DNA of 64,000 bases from Camelus ferus (lineage: Eukaryota): contig NC_045701.1 in the NCBI RefSeq assembly GCF_009834535.1, forward strand, positions 61,318,001 through 61,382,000, in the 5' to 3' direction. Below are positions 26,101 through 38,502 of this stretch, in pieces. The position numbers were made by a program, and so were the translations under genes. Position 1 is the first letter of the stretch. Each line of letters starts with the position of its first letter. The notes beneath the pieces are model-generated. The model had not been told where the DNA came from and did no database searches. It saw nothing but the letters and a program-made list of their open reading frames with translations.

Positions 26101-28695
26101 ACTGGCACAAAAAGAAATGGAAAATCTGAATAGCATATATCTGTTAATGAAAACTAAGTGCCCAAATGGCTACAGTCTCAGTGAATTATTTCAAATATTT
26201 AAATAAGACAAAATACAAATATTACACAAACTCTCAGAAAAAGATGAGAAAACACTTCTTGTTTTATGAGATTAGCATTATTATGATACCAAAAATCTGA
26301 CAAGGGCTGTTGAAAAAGAATTACTGACCAATAGATCTTACTGAATGTAAGAAAACATTGGCAAACAGAATCCAGTAATATATGAAAGAGAAAATAGATC
26401 ATGACCAAGAAGGGTTTATCTCACAAATGTAAGATCGACTTGTCATTATAAAATCAACCAATGTAATCCATCACATCAACAGAAAAAGAAAAAAGCCACA
26501 TGATTATATCTCAATAGGTGCAGAAAAAAGCATCTGACAAAATTCACACTCATTCATGATTAAAATCTCTGAGCAAAGTAAGAATAAAGAAAACTTCTTC
26601 AAACTGATAAGAGGATATCTACTTTAAAAGATCTATAGATTATTTTTAAAGGTAGAATATTGAATATATTCCCCTGAGATTAAGAAAAAGTCAATGATGC
26701 ATACTCTTAACGCTTATACTCAACATTTTATTGGAGGTCCAATTAGTGAAATAAAGAAAAGAAAAAGAAAGAAATAAACAGGAAAAATGCAAAAAATATA
26801 AATATGGAAAAGGAAAATGTAATTTTTTTCCATTTTCAGGTGACATGATTGTTTACATAGAAAATCCTAAGGAATACTCAAAGGAACATCTAAAACTATT
26901 GAATGAATTTAGAAAGGTTGCAGTATATAAAGTCAATATAAAAGTCTATTTTGTTTCTGTTAACTAGCATTAAACAATTGGAAAATGAAAAACAATTTCA
27001 CTTAGAATGATATCAAAAAATGTAAAATGCTTAAGAATTTAACAAAATATATGCAAAACCTCTAGAGTCAATACTAAAAAAGGCTGCTTAGTTTAAAAAC
27101 ACCTAAACAGATGGAGAGTTCTGCCATGCAAATAAATTGAAAGACGGGGTATTTTATGACATTACTTCTCTGCAAATTGGTCTGTAGAGTTCAAAGAATC
27201 CCAATGAAAATACCAACAGGCTTTTTCAAAGTAATGGACAAAATAATTATAAAATGTTTGTGAAAATATAAATTACCTAGAATAACCCAAAATAAAATCT
27301 GAAAAAGAACCAAGTTGGAGAAATATACAACTATAGTCATTAATATAGAATGAAATTCAAGTGGGAACAAATAGATCAACAAAATAGATTAAAGAGTTCA
27401 GAACTAGACCCTCACATAAATGGTCAAAGGATTTTTTTGCAAAGATGCCAAGGCAGTTTCATGAATAAAGACAAGTCTTCAATGGACTGTGCTAAAACAA
27501 CTGGCAACCATGTAAGCAAAAATTGAACCATGACCCCTATCTCACACCACACACACAAAAATAATTTTAAATGGGTTACAGACTTAAATACAAAAGTGAA
27601 AACTAAAAAGAAAACATAGAAAGGAAATCTTTGCAACTTTGAAGACAAAAATTTCTTAGATAAGGCTCATATAGTAATCACCATAAAAGAAAATACTGAT
27701 ATGTAAGTTAGACATTATCAAAATTAAAATCAACTGCTCAGTCAAGGGCACTGTCAAGAAAATGAAAAGGAAATCCACAGATTGAGAGAAAATATTCCCA
27801 ATGCAGATTCCTGAAAAAGAATTCCTACCCAAAATATGCCCAAAACTCCTGACAAAGGGCAAATGACCCAATTACACAGTGGGCAAATGACCCGAACAGA
27901 CATTGCACAGAAGAAGATATACAATGGCCAATAAGCACAAGAATAAGATGCTCACCACCGTCGGGCACTACGGCAAATACAAACTAAAAGCACTGCTTTA
28001 GTCTGATACATCACTGCTCAACCATTAGAGTGGCTATAAAGGCTAACACTACAAAATGTTAATGAAAATGTGGAACAACTCAAACTCTTATAAAATGCTA
28101 GTCAGACTATAAAATGGTATAATCATTTTGGGAAACAGTTTCAAGTAAAGTTAAATATTCAACTATGACCCAGAAATGTCACTCCTAGGCATTTACTCAA
28201 ATGAAACGAAAACACATGTTAACAAAAAAGACTTGTAGAAAAGTGTTCACATCAGATTTATCCATAGTAGCCAAAAGCTGAAAACAATGCAAATGTCCAT
28301 CAACAAGAGAATGGATTAAAAATTGTGGCATATTCATACAAGGCATAGTGTACTCAGCTCTAAAATGGAACAAACTATCGACATACTGCAGCAACACAAC
28401 TTAATCTGAAAAACACTATAATGATTGAAAGAAGCTAGAAACTACGATTTCATTCATATGAAGTTTAAATATAGGCAAGGTCAATCTATGGTGATAGACT
28501 GAATCAGAACAACAGTTTCTGAAGGGGATGATACGGGGACTGACAGGAAAGAGGAGTTTCTGGGGAAGGTCATTGTTTTTTTATCTTTACAGAGATAGAA
28601 GTTACAGAGGTGTATACATTGGTCAAAATTAATTGAACTGCACACTTAAGATCTGTGTTTTACTTCATATAAAGTATACCTCAAGCTTAAAAGAA
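23200..28695 (+). mobile_element. Ancient near-full-length L1 (L1M/L1ME-like), antisense in KCNH5 intron 1
   Basis: Collinear remnants of 5' region, ORF1 (~24000-24750), ORF2 endonuclease (ACATTAAATGTAAGTGGA; CAGAATACACATTCTTTCTCAGTGCATGTGGAACTTTCACCAGGATA), RT (GGGTTTATCTCACAAATG...GAAAAAAGCATCTGACAAAATTC) and 3'UTR. No intact ORF. Confidence 0.92.
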
Positions 28696-29029
28696 AGCAC
28701 AAGGAGGACCAAGGGCTAGAGAGTTTTAGGAAACCAGTGGCATTTGAGCTGCACTATAGCTGTAAGAATGGCAATCCTACTTTTCCTTGGTACATATGGT
28801 GATTAGAGATTAAAATGTGTTTATTCCTGTAAAAATGCTTCATAAAATATAAACTCTCCTATAAATATATAACATTTTCATTTATATATAGTATCAATTA
28901 TAAATATTTATAATACGATCATCAAAAATTAACTTCTTTCCTAGCCCAGGCCAGGTGCTAGTCAGCTTACTCCCCATGTCATGACTAGGTAACCGTGGCA
29001 GTGCAGACAGCTAGCTACACGGTCTCCCT

Positions 29030-30810
29030 GCCTTAACTCATCCTGATTGTCAGTCTGATCTTCAGACTAACATTCAATCGTCCCCCTGAAATCCTGCCTC
29101 CATTCTACCACTCTTCATCCAGATCAAGTCTCCCAACTGCTTACACTGCTGAATCTTCTCCCAGACTTACAAAGCCCTCTGAAATCCAGCCTCAGCCTCT
29201 CTACCTATACAAACATGTTTCTCATTACTCCTACAGTTCATACTACTGAGTTAAGTCAGTTTCCCCATTACGTCCCCAAAAGATACTCATGATGCCCATC
29301 ATCCACTTGAAATACTTTTTCTCCATTCCTCTGCCTATCAAAACTTTTCAGAACTCATTCAACTCTACCTTCTCTCTGATACATTCAGTGGGTACCACTC
29401 AACCCAAATCTCCTGGCTATCATCATATCTGTGTCCAACCCTTCACAGGACAAATTTTCCATAAAAGTTGTCTATTCTCATTGGCTCCATCTTCTCAGCT
29501 CCTAGTCACTCAACTCACTCCTATCTGGCTTATGTCCTCACCACTCCAAGATAACCGAGAACACCAATAACCTCTTCACATCACCAAATCCAAAGGACAT
29601 TTTTCTCTCTTTTCACCTAACAGTTCAGAAGCATTGGTAACCACTCCCTCCTTAAAACTTTCTCAATCCTTACCTTTACTAGAGCAACATTTCCCTGATT
29701 CTCTGGACACTCCTCTATTGCCTTTACAAGCTCAACATTGTTTATCCGGTGAGTGTATGTTAGAGTTCCTCCATGTCTGTTCCTCTTACGCTTTCGCCTA
29801 CCTCCATAGATTCAATAACTCATAATTTTATATCTCCAAACAGACCTCTTCTATAAACTATAGATCTTTATACCCAAGTTGACTTCTAGATAGCTTAAAT
29901 GAATCTCAGTAGAACCCATCCACAACCTGTCATTCCCCCAAATCAGATGTTTTTTCCAATGTTTACTATCTTAGAGAATGAGATCACCATCCATGCAATT
30001 ATGTAAGCCAGAAATCTGGAAGCCATCTTTCAATAGCCTTCTGATTACTCTTACATCTAGTTCATTGCCAAATCTTATTAACTTTATCTCCTAAAACTCT
30101 TTCAAATCTCTCCATTTCTCTAGATCCTCACCATTATCTCCCAACTCCCAGCTTCCAACATCTCTTCCCTAGACCACGCCAACAGTTACCAAACCTACCC
30201 AGGCCCTCTCCAAGATTCCTTCAATTGATTATCCATACTGAGGCCAGGCAGGTCCTTTCAAAATTCAAATTGGGTCTTGTCCCCTCCTTGCCTTAACACA
30301 CATCAATAGCTTATCATGGCTCTCAGAATGCCCCAACCTTTCCAGAGCCTATAATTACCTCAAAGTCTGTCAAGCCTCAACTCTCGCCATTCTGCACCTT
30401 GTGCTGAGTATGAGAACCACACTGATTTTTCTTTATTCTCGTAACTTTCAAGTCTTCTCCCACAATAGAAGGAACTTTTAACTTGATATTCTCTCTGCCT
30501 GAACACCATTCATTTCCCCCCTCCTCTGGTTGACACATTTATTTAGATCTTAACTCAACTGTCATGACCCTAGTGACTCCTTCTCTGACCTGACAAGGTC
30601 ATGCCTAATAATTTTAGACATGATGTACCTCTCCCTCAGAGCCCTTTTCAAAGTCGCAATTTTATACCTATTTGTTTCATGACATGATTGATGTGTATCT
30701 GCCCCTTGAGCTGTAAGTCTTCTGTTTGATCCTCCAGCGCCTAACACAGTGCCTGCCACATAATACATGCTTGCTAACTGGCTGACTATATCAATAAACA
30801 AATGCATTAA
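29030..30810 (+). mobile_element. L2a LINE (3' part)
   Basis: Pyrimidine-rich L2 ORF2 remnant ending GAGCTGTAAG...CCAGCGCCTAACACAGTGCCTGCCACATAATACATGC...CAATAAAC. Confidence 0.88.
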
Positions 30811-31114
30811 TAGATTCTTGCAAAGATCTCTCTTTATATAATGATACTGTGAAATCTAATATGAACTGCCTCTCTAAATGCTTCATGTATGCTTTCATAT
30901 ATGCTATTTTGTCTTCTCAAACAGATGATATAGTCCTCAGAATTATAACTTTAATGCTTACTGTGCGTTTAAGAGTTGAAACATAGTAATCACTTTTTGA
31001 TTAAAGGAACTGCCAGTATCCCAGGAAAGAGAATCACACAGTTCTGAAACAGAAGAACCAAAAACATTAAAGGGCCTACTGAGGAGGCTTCCTTTCCCCA
31101 GAAACTATCCAAAC

Positions 31115-31350
31115 CAATGTTTTTCAAACATTTTTTTTATTTGAAGCTCATAGTAAGAAACAATCTTACACAGTGACTCAGTGTGTGTTTACACACATGT
31201 AAACACAACTGAAAAAATTTCTCAGGTAACACTTTTTCTTACTACACGAGATGCACTCTATTCTATTTCAAAGTTTTAGTGTGCTAGTGAAAACCCATTA
31301 AATCAATCTGCGTCCTATGAGGGGTTGTATCTCATGGTTTTAAAACCATG
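31115..31350 (-). mobile_element. MER33 (hAT-Charlie) element
   Basis: CAATGTTTTTCAAACA...CATAGTAAGAAAC...CTTACTACACGAGATGCACTCT...CCCATTAAATCAAT...GTTTTAAAACCATG. Confidence 0.8.
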
Positions 31351-33231
31351 CTTCACATTATCCCCAAAGGCTTTGCAGACAGTCTTGTTTTCAAGACATT
31401 TGTTAGGATTTAGATCAGGAGCTATAACTGTTTCTAGTTAACTCTATTAAAGATTTACCATCATACCATTTTCAATAGCTCTCCAATGGGGAAATCAAGA
31501 CTCCAGCTCAGCAGGGCCCAGCTGTCACTATTTGCTGTTAATACAGTATTTCACTTCTATCCTAGCAATTCTGCGTAATAACAAAATTAATAACAAAAGC
31601 GACCATTAGCAGAGCCCTTACTCTGTGCTAGCCATCGGGCCAGGTGTCACACGTGCAACTCCATCCCACAATGAGTCAAAGAGACTCACCAAGCCCTGCA
31701 TGCCCGGGGTCAGAAGCAGAAACTGGCACACTGGTTCCTTAAATTCTAATTCTTGACTGAGATATTTGCAGAGTCAAACTTTTTCTAGGGGAAATTGTGC
31801 CTCTTTTTTTTTTTTGCTTTATACGGAAAAGCAGAAAGTTGGGACTGAAAGGTAAGTCCTACAACAACTCAAGGTAGGGGGACTAATCCCCATATTGGCT
31901 TAGAGGCAGAGTGGTTTGGTGGAAAGAACACAGAAATAAGTGAGATATTGAGATACTGCCTTACCTCAATCTTATTTTTCAAAATACATACTTGATTTTA
32001 ACCAATAACACAGAATATGGACAATTCAAATATTTGCCAGGTACACACTAGCGTATTTGCTTGCATAGTCAGTCAGACATAGCAACTCAGTTTTTTAATT
32101 TAAAGTTAAAAACAAAAGTCAAGGAAATATGGTCTCCATTTATCTTTATGCTTCAAGTTTCAGACCAACAGAGAGTGAAGTGACTGGACTGTGTGTTCAC
32201 CAGCCCTTACCTCCAGGTCTTAACGATTACATGTCAGCCCTATGTGCTCCAGGTTTAGGAAGACAAACCTAAGAACTGCTTCTATCATTTCTAATGTTTT
32301 ATAAAACCAGAATTGAGAAAATTGGCCACAGTGCTAGGTCCTTCATATAAATAAGTCATCAGCTAGTAAATATTCATAACAATCATATCACTAAAAGTCC
32401 TTTCCCCAGATTTTCTGCCAGCACTTAGATCCTGTCTCAATACTACCAAGGGAGCTACTGTGAAAACCCTGGGGAGTTTTAATTAGGTTATTGGTTTCCT
32501 CATAACGATACCTACCACCCTGGGTAGCTTATGGAGATTAGAATAATGTGAGCAAAACGTTAATAAACTAACCATTGGAGTAAAAAGTCTTTATAAACTA
32601 TTAACTGTTATTGTGTATTATGCAGAAGATTCTTTTACAACTGTACTAGATACGCAGAGAGAGCTTTCTAGGCATGAGTTCTCTGTGTGTGTGTATAAAC
32701 AAAGAACCTAGAAAAAAATAAATGTTTAAATGTTGACCCTACAAATCAAAACCTATAAAACTATACTGAGAGCTAAACTACAAAATATAATATTAGGAGA
32801 AACGGAGAAAGAAAGAAGAGGGGAGACATATTTTTTAATGTTAAAGGCTAAATCAGATGGAAATTTAAATAGATGATCCAGGAGCTTCTTTTGGAAATTT
32901 GTTAGTTGACACACAATATGTCTATATGAAATATTCACACAACCATTCCATTTCCCTATAGTCATGAAAATTGCTTTGATGAATGTGAAATCTGGTATGA
33001 TAATCAATATTAAGAACAGGATAGCAGAGTAATTAAAATTGCTTCCTAGAAAATTTTAATTTCCTTTGGCTCTAAAACATGGCAGGGAAAAGCAATCTGA
33101 TTACTGAAAGATAACTTCTCGGGAAAGGAGATAGCTGCAAATGTAGAAAATGAGACCAGCTCAGAAGTTTTAGAAACATAAAGCCATTAAAGAAATTGCC
33201 CAGAATTCTTAGTGACCATCACCACCGTCAT

Positions 33232-33620
33232 TGCTATGGACCAAATTTGTGTGTCCTCCCAAAATTGATGTGCTGAAACAGAACCCCTCACGTGATGGTA
33301 CTAGGAGATGGGACCTTTGGGATTTGATTGGGGTTAGATAAGGTCATGTGGATGGAGCCCCTAGTGACTGGGACTAGGGTCCTTATAATGATGAGAGAGC
33401 TTGTTTCCTCTGCTCTGCTTTTCATCATGTGAGGATATACTGAGAAGTCAGCAATCTGCAANNNNNNNNNNNNNNNNNNNNNNNNNNNNNNNNNNNNNNN
33501 NNNNNNNNNNNNNNNNNNNNNNNNNNNNNNNNNNNNNNNNNNNNNNNNNNNNNNNNNNNNNNNNNNNNNNNNNNNNNNNNNNNNNNNNNNNNNNNNNNNN
33601 NNNNNNNNNNNNNCAAGCAA
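33232..33620 (+). mobile_element. MLT1A-like MaLR LTR (3' part in N-gap 33462-33613)
   Basis: TGCTATGGACCAAATTTGTGTGTCCTCCCAAAATT...GTGATGGTACTAGGAGATGGGACCTTTGG...GGATGGAGCCC...CATGTGAGGATATACTGAGAAG. Confidence 0.88.
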
Positions 33621-34109
33621 TCTTAGGGAAACCAGTTCTGATTTGTCTGCACAGCTCTCAGCACACCGAGTCACAAATTTTGAAGAAATGAATCTTCCTT
33701 GGGATCCAGACTATTTCAGATTCTTGAAGATGTTGATACACATTTCATGTCCAAATGTTTTAAGTACACATGTTCCTGTATAAGGGTCCTAAGAATCGGG
33801 TAATTATCCCTACCAGGTGGTTGTGGTCCAATGAAACATTTCAGAAGCAATAATCTCACACATGGCAGGTTCTCGAGTGGATCTCTGCAAGAGACTGAGG
33901 CTTGAAAACATCATTATATTCTTTCAAGACCATCCAGTATCCTCTCAGAGATGGACATGAAATGCAACAAGCACCTTTTTTCTCAAAGGTTGGAAGATCA
34001 AAAACTAAATCACAAGCCCCTAATTCAAAATTCTCACTAGGATCATTCTGAGTGTTTCTCAGTTTTGACTACATATTCGATTGGGATGGAGATCGAGGAA
34101 AATTGGAGG

Positions 34110-34600
34110 AGCCACAGGAGTTACTCATTCCAGGCCCCATGTCTCAAAGTGTTTGTTTTAATTGGTCTGGGGTGAGATCCAGGCATCAGTATTTGTTTTT
34201 GTTTTTGTTTTTGTTTTTGTTTTTTTATTGAAGTATAGTCAGTTTACAATATTGTGTCAATTTCTGGCGTACAACATAATAGTTCAGTCATATACATATA
34301 CATACATTCATTTTCATATTCTTTCTCATTATATTGAATATAGTTCCCTGTGCTATACAGTATAATCTTGATGTTTATCTATTTTATATATAGTAGTTAG
34401 CATCAGCAAATCTCAAGCTCCCTATCTATCCCTTCCCATTCTCTTTCCCCCCTGGTAACCATAAGCTTGTTTTCTATGTCTGTGAGTCTGTTTCTGTTTT
34501 ATAAGAACATTCATTTGTCTTTTTTTTTTTTTAGATTCGTTTTTAAATCTTCTCAAACAGTCTAATATGCACTTCTCCAGCCAGGGTGGAGAAGCACTGA
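34110..34600. mobile_element. MER5 MITE split by an L1 insertion
   Basis: Left half CAGGCCCC...AATTGGTCTGGGGTGAGATCCAGGCATCAGTATTT; right half TTTTTAAATCTTCTC...CTAATATGCAC...CAGCCAGGGTGGAGAAGCACTG. Confidence 0.72.
34196..34537 (-). mobile_element. Young artiodactyl/camelid L1 3' end with (GTTTTT)n tail
   Basis: TTTATTGAAGTATAGTCAGTTTACAATATTGTG...GTTCCCTGTGCTATACAG...TGGTAACCATAAG...TCTATGTCTGTGAGTCTGTTTCTG. Confidence 0.92.
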
Positions 34601-34775
34601 TTTACTGCAATAACCCTAAATGCTGGCAGCTGCAAAAGAATCCTGTTATCACTATCAAAAATTCAGATAGCTAAATTCTATTGCAGACACACTGAATTGG
34701 CTCCCTGGGGTTAGAACACAAAAATACAGCCATGGAGGTCAGTCTCATGCTTAGCAGGGTTAGGAAACTTTGCTC

Positions 34776-34900
34776 TAGTACCTTGCTACTCATAGTGTGG
34801 ACCAGTATCACCTACGAGTCTATTAGCCATGCAGAATCTGGGACCCACCTCAGACCTGATGAATCAGAACCTGCATTTCAGTGAGATCATCAGGTGATTC
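34776..34900. mobile_element. MER5A fragment
   Basis: GCTACTCATAGTGTGGACCAG...ATGCAGAATCTGGGACCCACCTCAGACCTGATGAATCAGAACCTGCATTTCAG...CAGGTGATTC. Confidence 0.85.
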
Positions 34901-36234
34901 CCCAGACTCATGAATATACTCATTTCGTGCATCCTTTCGTTCTTTTTAAGGGCTGGAGATCAGGCCAGGGAAACTAAAGGACTCAGCAAACATAGGGAAA
35001 GGGCATCTACCGGGGGAGAAAGACAGAATTAGGCCTTACTGTTTAAGACCTCTATTCTATTACTATTATTTCTGAACTGCAGTTTAAGCTTTTGTTCTCA
35101 CTGAATATAAAAGAAGTACTTCCTCTTTACAGTGGTATTTCTTCAGACAACAAGGAAAATAACTACACTCAATTTACTACCATTACAAATTAATCTCATT
35201 CCTAAAGGAGACCATATACAAACCATGAGGTCAGTAATTCTGCTGATATAAGTTTCTGGAAGAAGAAAAGTTACATTCAGTCAACGAAAACAATACAAAT
35301 GTCTGTGAGATGTTTCTTCCTTTCTATAGCAATTGCAGAAAAAGAATGTTTTCCTCTGAGGTGCTCCAACATTACCTTATCTGCATGATTAGAAAGTTAT
35401 TTAGGCTTTTTTGTTTTATTTTGTTCTGTTTTTAAGAAAACTATACCCTTCTCTGATCCAGAAATTCCATGGACATTAACAAGGGTGGAATACCTTTTGT
35501 GGGATTGAACCTCTCTCTCTCTTCCTCTCATCTTTTCTTTTTATGCAAATTTATGAGAGAGAAGTATTTGAAAGCACCAGTACAGAAACATTTTCAGGTA
35601 TTTTAAGAAGTGAAAAGACACAAAAGAATTCTAAAGTACTGAGGAAGGGAGAAAACATGGAGTGGAGGTAAGAAGGGAGAGGACTTCACTAAAATAAGCC
35701 AGGAACACTGAGTAAAACAGTCACTAATTTATAGTTTTTCCAAGGTCTTGTGCTGCTTCTCAGGAAAGTCAACTGGATTTTCCCCCGATTATATTTATTT
35801 AGTCCTAACTTTGGAGAAGCACACCACACAGAAATCATTGCTCTTATTCTGAAAGCCCTAAAACCTTGGCAACAGAGCTCTTCCAGCAGAGGTGAAGCAG
35901 GCAGGAACCCCGCAAAGTGAGCTAAGGGCTATTTGCAGCCACTCTCTCAGATCGCCAGGGCCTCCTGCGAGGGAAGGAGCTGAGTGCAGGTACTCACAGC
36001 TCCAAGTACCCCCCTCCACAATCCTCTGATTCCAAGAGCTAAAGAATTCATGTTCCAAAAATCAGTGGCCAAGAAGGGAAATGTGGAGCTTAAAAGCAAT
36101 ACAATAAAATTCATACAAAGCAATCATCTAAAGGGGACTAGGGAGGGTATTTCAACCTTGCTGGTTGTCAACTATTCATTATAAATTTAGATCTGGTTTA
36201 GGATCTGGGTTTTATTCGTAAATTAACTTTGTGT

Positions 36235-36490
36235 GGATATAGAGAACAAACCAGCGGTTACCAAAGTGGGGAGAGGGAGGGAGGAGGGGCAACATAGGGG
36301 TAAGAGATTAAGAGATACAAACTACTATGTATAAAATAAATAAGCTACAAGGATGTATTGTACAGCACAGGGAATACAGCCATTTTACAATAACTACAAC
36401 CAGAGTATAATCTGTAAAAATTTTGAATCACTATGTTGTGCACCTGGAACTAATACAATATGATAAATCAACTGTACCTCAATTTTAAAA
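36235..36490 (+). mobile_element. 5'-truncated L1 3' end
   Basis: AGAGAACAAACCAGCGGTTACC...ACAAACTACTATGTATAAAATAAATAAGCTACAAGGATG...AATCAACTGTACCTCAATTTTAAAAA. Confidence 0.9.
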
Positions 36491-36769
36491 ATCCACTTCA
36501 GAAACATAAACACATATACATACCCCCTCCAATAAAGTTTACTTTGTTGCTCACCTGAACCAGCCCCTGTTAAAACCTGAAGCTACATGTTTCTAATCCC
36601 CAAGAGCCGTCACATTGACCATGCTCATAATCTGGCCTCTGATCGCCTCTGCACACAGTCACACTGAACTAAGCTCTCTTTGGCTCATTCTTATTTACTT
36701 CAAGGGAATGAAGAGGGAGTGAGATGATAAAGTGATAATGCAGTGATCTCTAGAGCTGGGAAACCTGGC

Positions 36770-37570
36770 AACCTTCCAGTTTTCTCCATCTCTGTTTTAT
36801 CCATCTCCATCCCTACTTGTATCTATACCCAGATGCTTGAGCCAAAACCCTGATTGTCACCCTTCACACCTCTTCGTTCACGCCTCCCATTTATCACCAA
36901 AACCCTAATAATTCTACCAACAGAGGCATGCACTTCTCTTCACCTCTGCTGCTGCCATCCCAGGCCAATCCAGCATCATCCCTTGCCTGGACTATTACAG
37001 CAGTCTCCTAGCTCGCCCCCTACTGTTGCTGTTCCTCCCTCCAGCCCAACTTATTGTTACACAGCAAGTGACCCTCCGTGGCCAGGTTTTGTCCACTGCG
37101 CTTGGAATACAATCAAAAGCCTTAGTCTGAACAGCCAGGACCCTGTCTCTCCACCCTGTTTCCTGTCTTTCTCTTTTTTCGCTCACTGCAATCCAACTAC
37201 ACTGATCTTCAAGCTTCACAAACTTAGCCACTCATTTTCTCTTTCCTTAGGACTGTTCACATGTTTTCTCTTTGCCTGAAATGTTCTTCTGCCCATTCAT
37301 CATCTAGTTACCTCTTACTTTAGGCCTCAATTTAATACTAGTTCCTTAGAAAGATCTTCCCTGACACTATCTCCCAATCAAAACTACTCTCTGTTACACT
37401 TGATCACAGCACCCTCCCCTTTTCCTTCAAAATGATTACCACAATTTGTAATTTATATTTGGTGTGGGTTTGTTGAATGCCTGTCTCCTCATCAGACTCC
37501 AAGTTCCAAGAGGTCAGGGACCATGTCTATCGATTCATTGCTGTACATCCACAAATGTTTGTTGAATGGT
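36770..37570 (+). mobile_element. L2a LINE 3' part
   Basis: Ends AGACTCCAAGTTCCAAGAGGTCAGGGACCATGTC...AATGTTTGTTGAATG, the canonical L2a terminus. Confidence 0.9.
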
Positions 37571-38100
37571 CAAATCAAATATAAAAATTCTTACTCCTAT
37601 TTAAAGTCATGCAGTCAATAAATAATTACTAGAGCAATGCTAGACATTGTCAAGAATGTATAAGGATCATGCTAGGTGTTTCTCCTCAAAAAACTGACAA
37701 TTCTGTATGTAAAAAAGAAAAAAAATTTAGGTGTTCCAACGCAGATTCCCCTCAACTCAGGAAACTTGTGAATTTAAATCATGGAGCCTATATCATTTTT
37801 TTTTCAAGCCTGTCTTCTGGGTGAGTGGTATCTATAGACATGTTTAAGTTTCAGAGAAGAGTAACAGCAGAACAATCCCTGAAGCACATACAGCACCTTT
37901 TATTTGGGTTAGATAAAATCCTGGCGCAGGTGGCTAAAGAAAAGAGTAAGTAATTTATATGTTATGCCCACGTCCACAATGTTGATTTCTGGTAGGTGCA
38001 TCATCCACTTCTATTATGTCAATAATAAGACTATAAAAGGTGATATGTTTCATGTCCTCACAAACGCACCTTTATCCTAAAGCTCTCTAGCAAGGAAATT

Positions 38101-38128
38101 TGTGTGTGTGTGTGTGTGCGTGTGTGTG
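38101..38128. repeat. (TG)n microsatellite
   Basis: tgtgtgtgtgtgtgtgtgcgtgtgtgtg. Confidence 0.95.
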
Positions 38129-38470
38129 GACACATATACTTTGTACCTTCCACAATGAGACTAATTATTCTATAATAATATTGGCAACATTAAGCAGACT
38201 ATCACTATGGGAGTTTGAAATATGCAAAAAATATCTGTTAATTTATTCAACTTTGTTCAGCTGTCATCAAAGATAAAAATGTGCCTCCACTTTTCATCTC
38301 CTTCAAGATCAAAGGTACATTTTTCAGTCTCTGTGCTTCTTTGATGGCATTAACGTCGTCATTTTTCCATCTAGCCACAGTGGCTCACAATTCATGAGAT
38401 ATTTTAACATATATTCCTGAAATTCTAATGGTAGGAATAACGGCAATTTTGTTATAGAAAATACTTCTAT

Positions 38471-38501
<31 letters not shown>
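38471..38501. repeat. (CA)n microsatellite
   Basis: gcgcacacacacacacacacacacacacaca. Confidence 0.95.

Positions 38502-38502
<1 letters not shown>

Noticed and set aside
31835-31851. 17-nt antisense micro-exon-like CAG|...AAG|GTAAGT, plus other AG|GTAAGT hits (43703 and 47037 on +, ~46780 on -)
   Set aside because: Isolated consensus donors are expected by chance in tens of kb, and the poly-T tract is separated from the AG by purines.
36854-37279. 141-aa ORF; similar 114-119-aa ORFs at 55596 and 56288
   Set aside because: Open stretches of degenerate L2 sequence with pyrimidine-biased codons.
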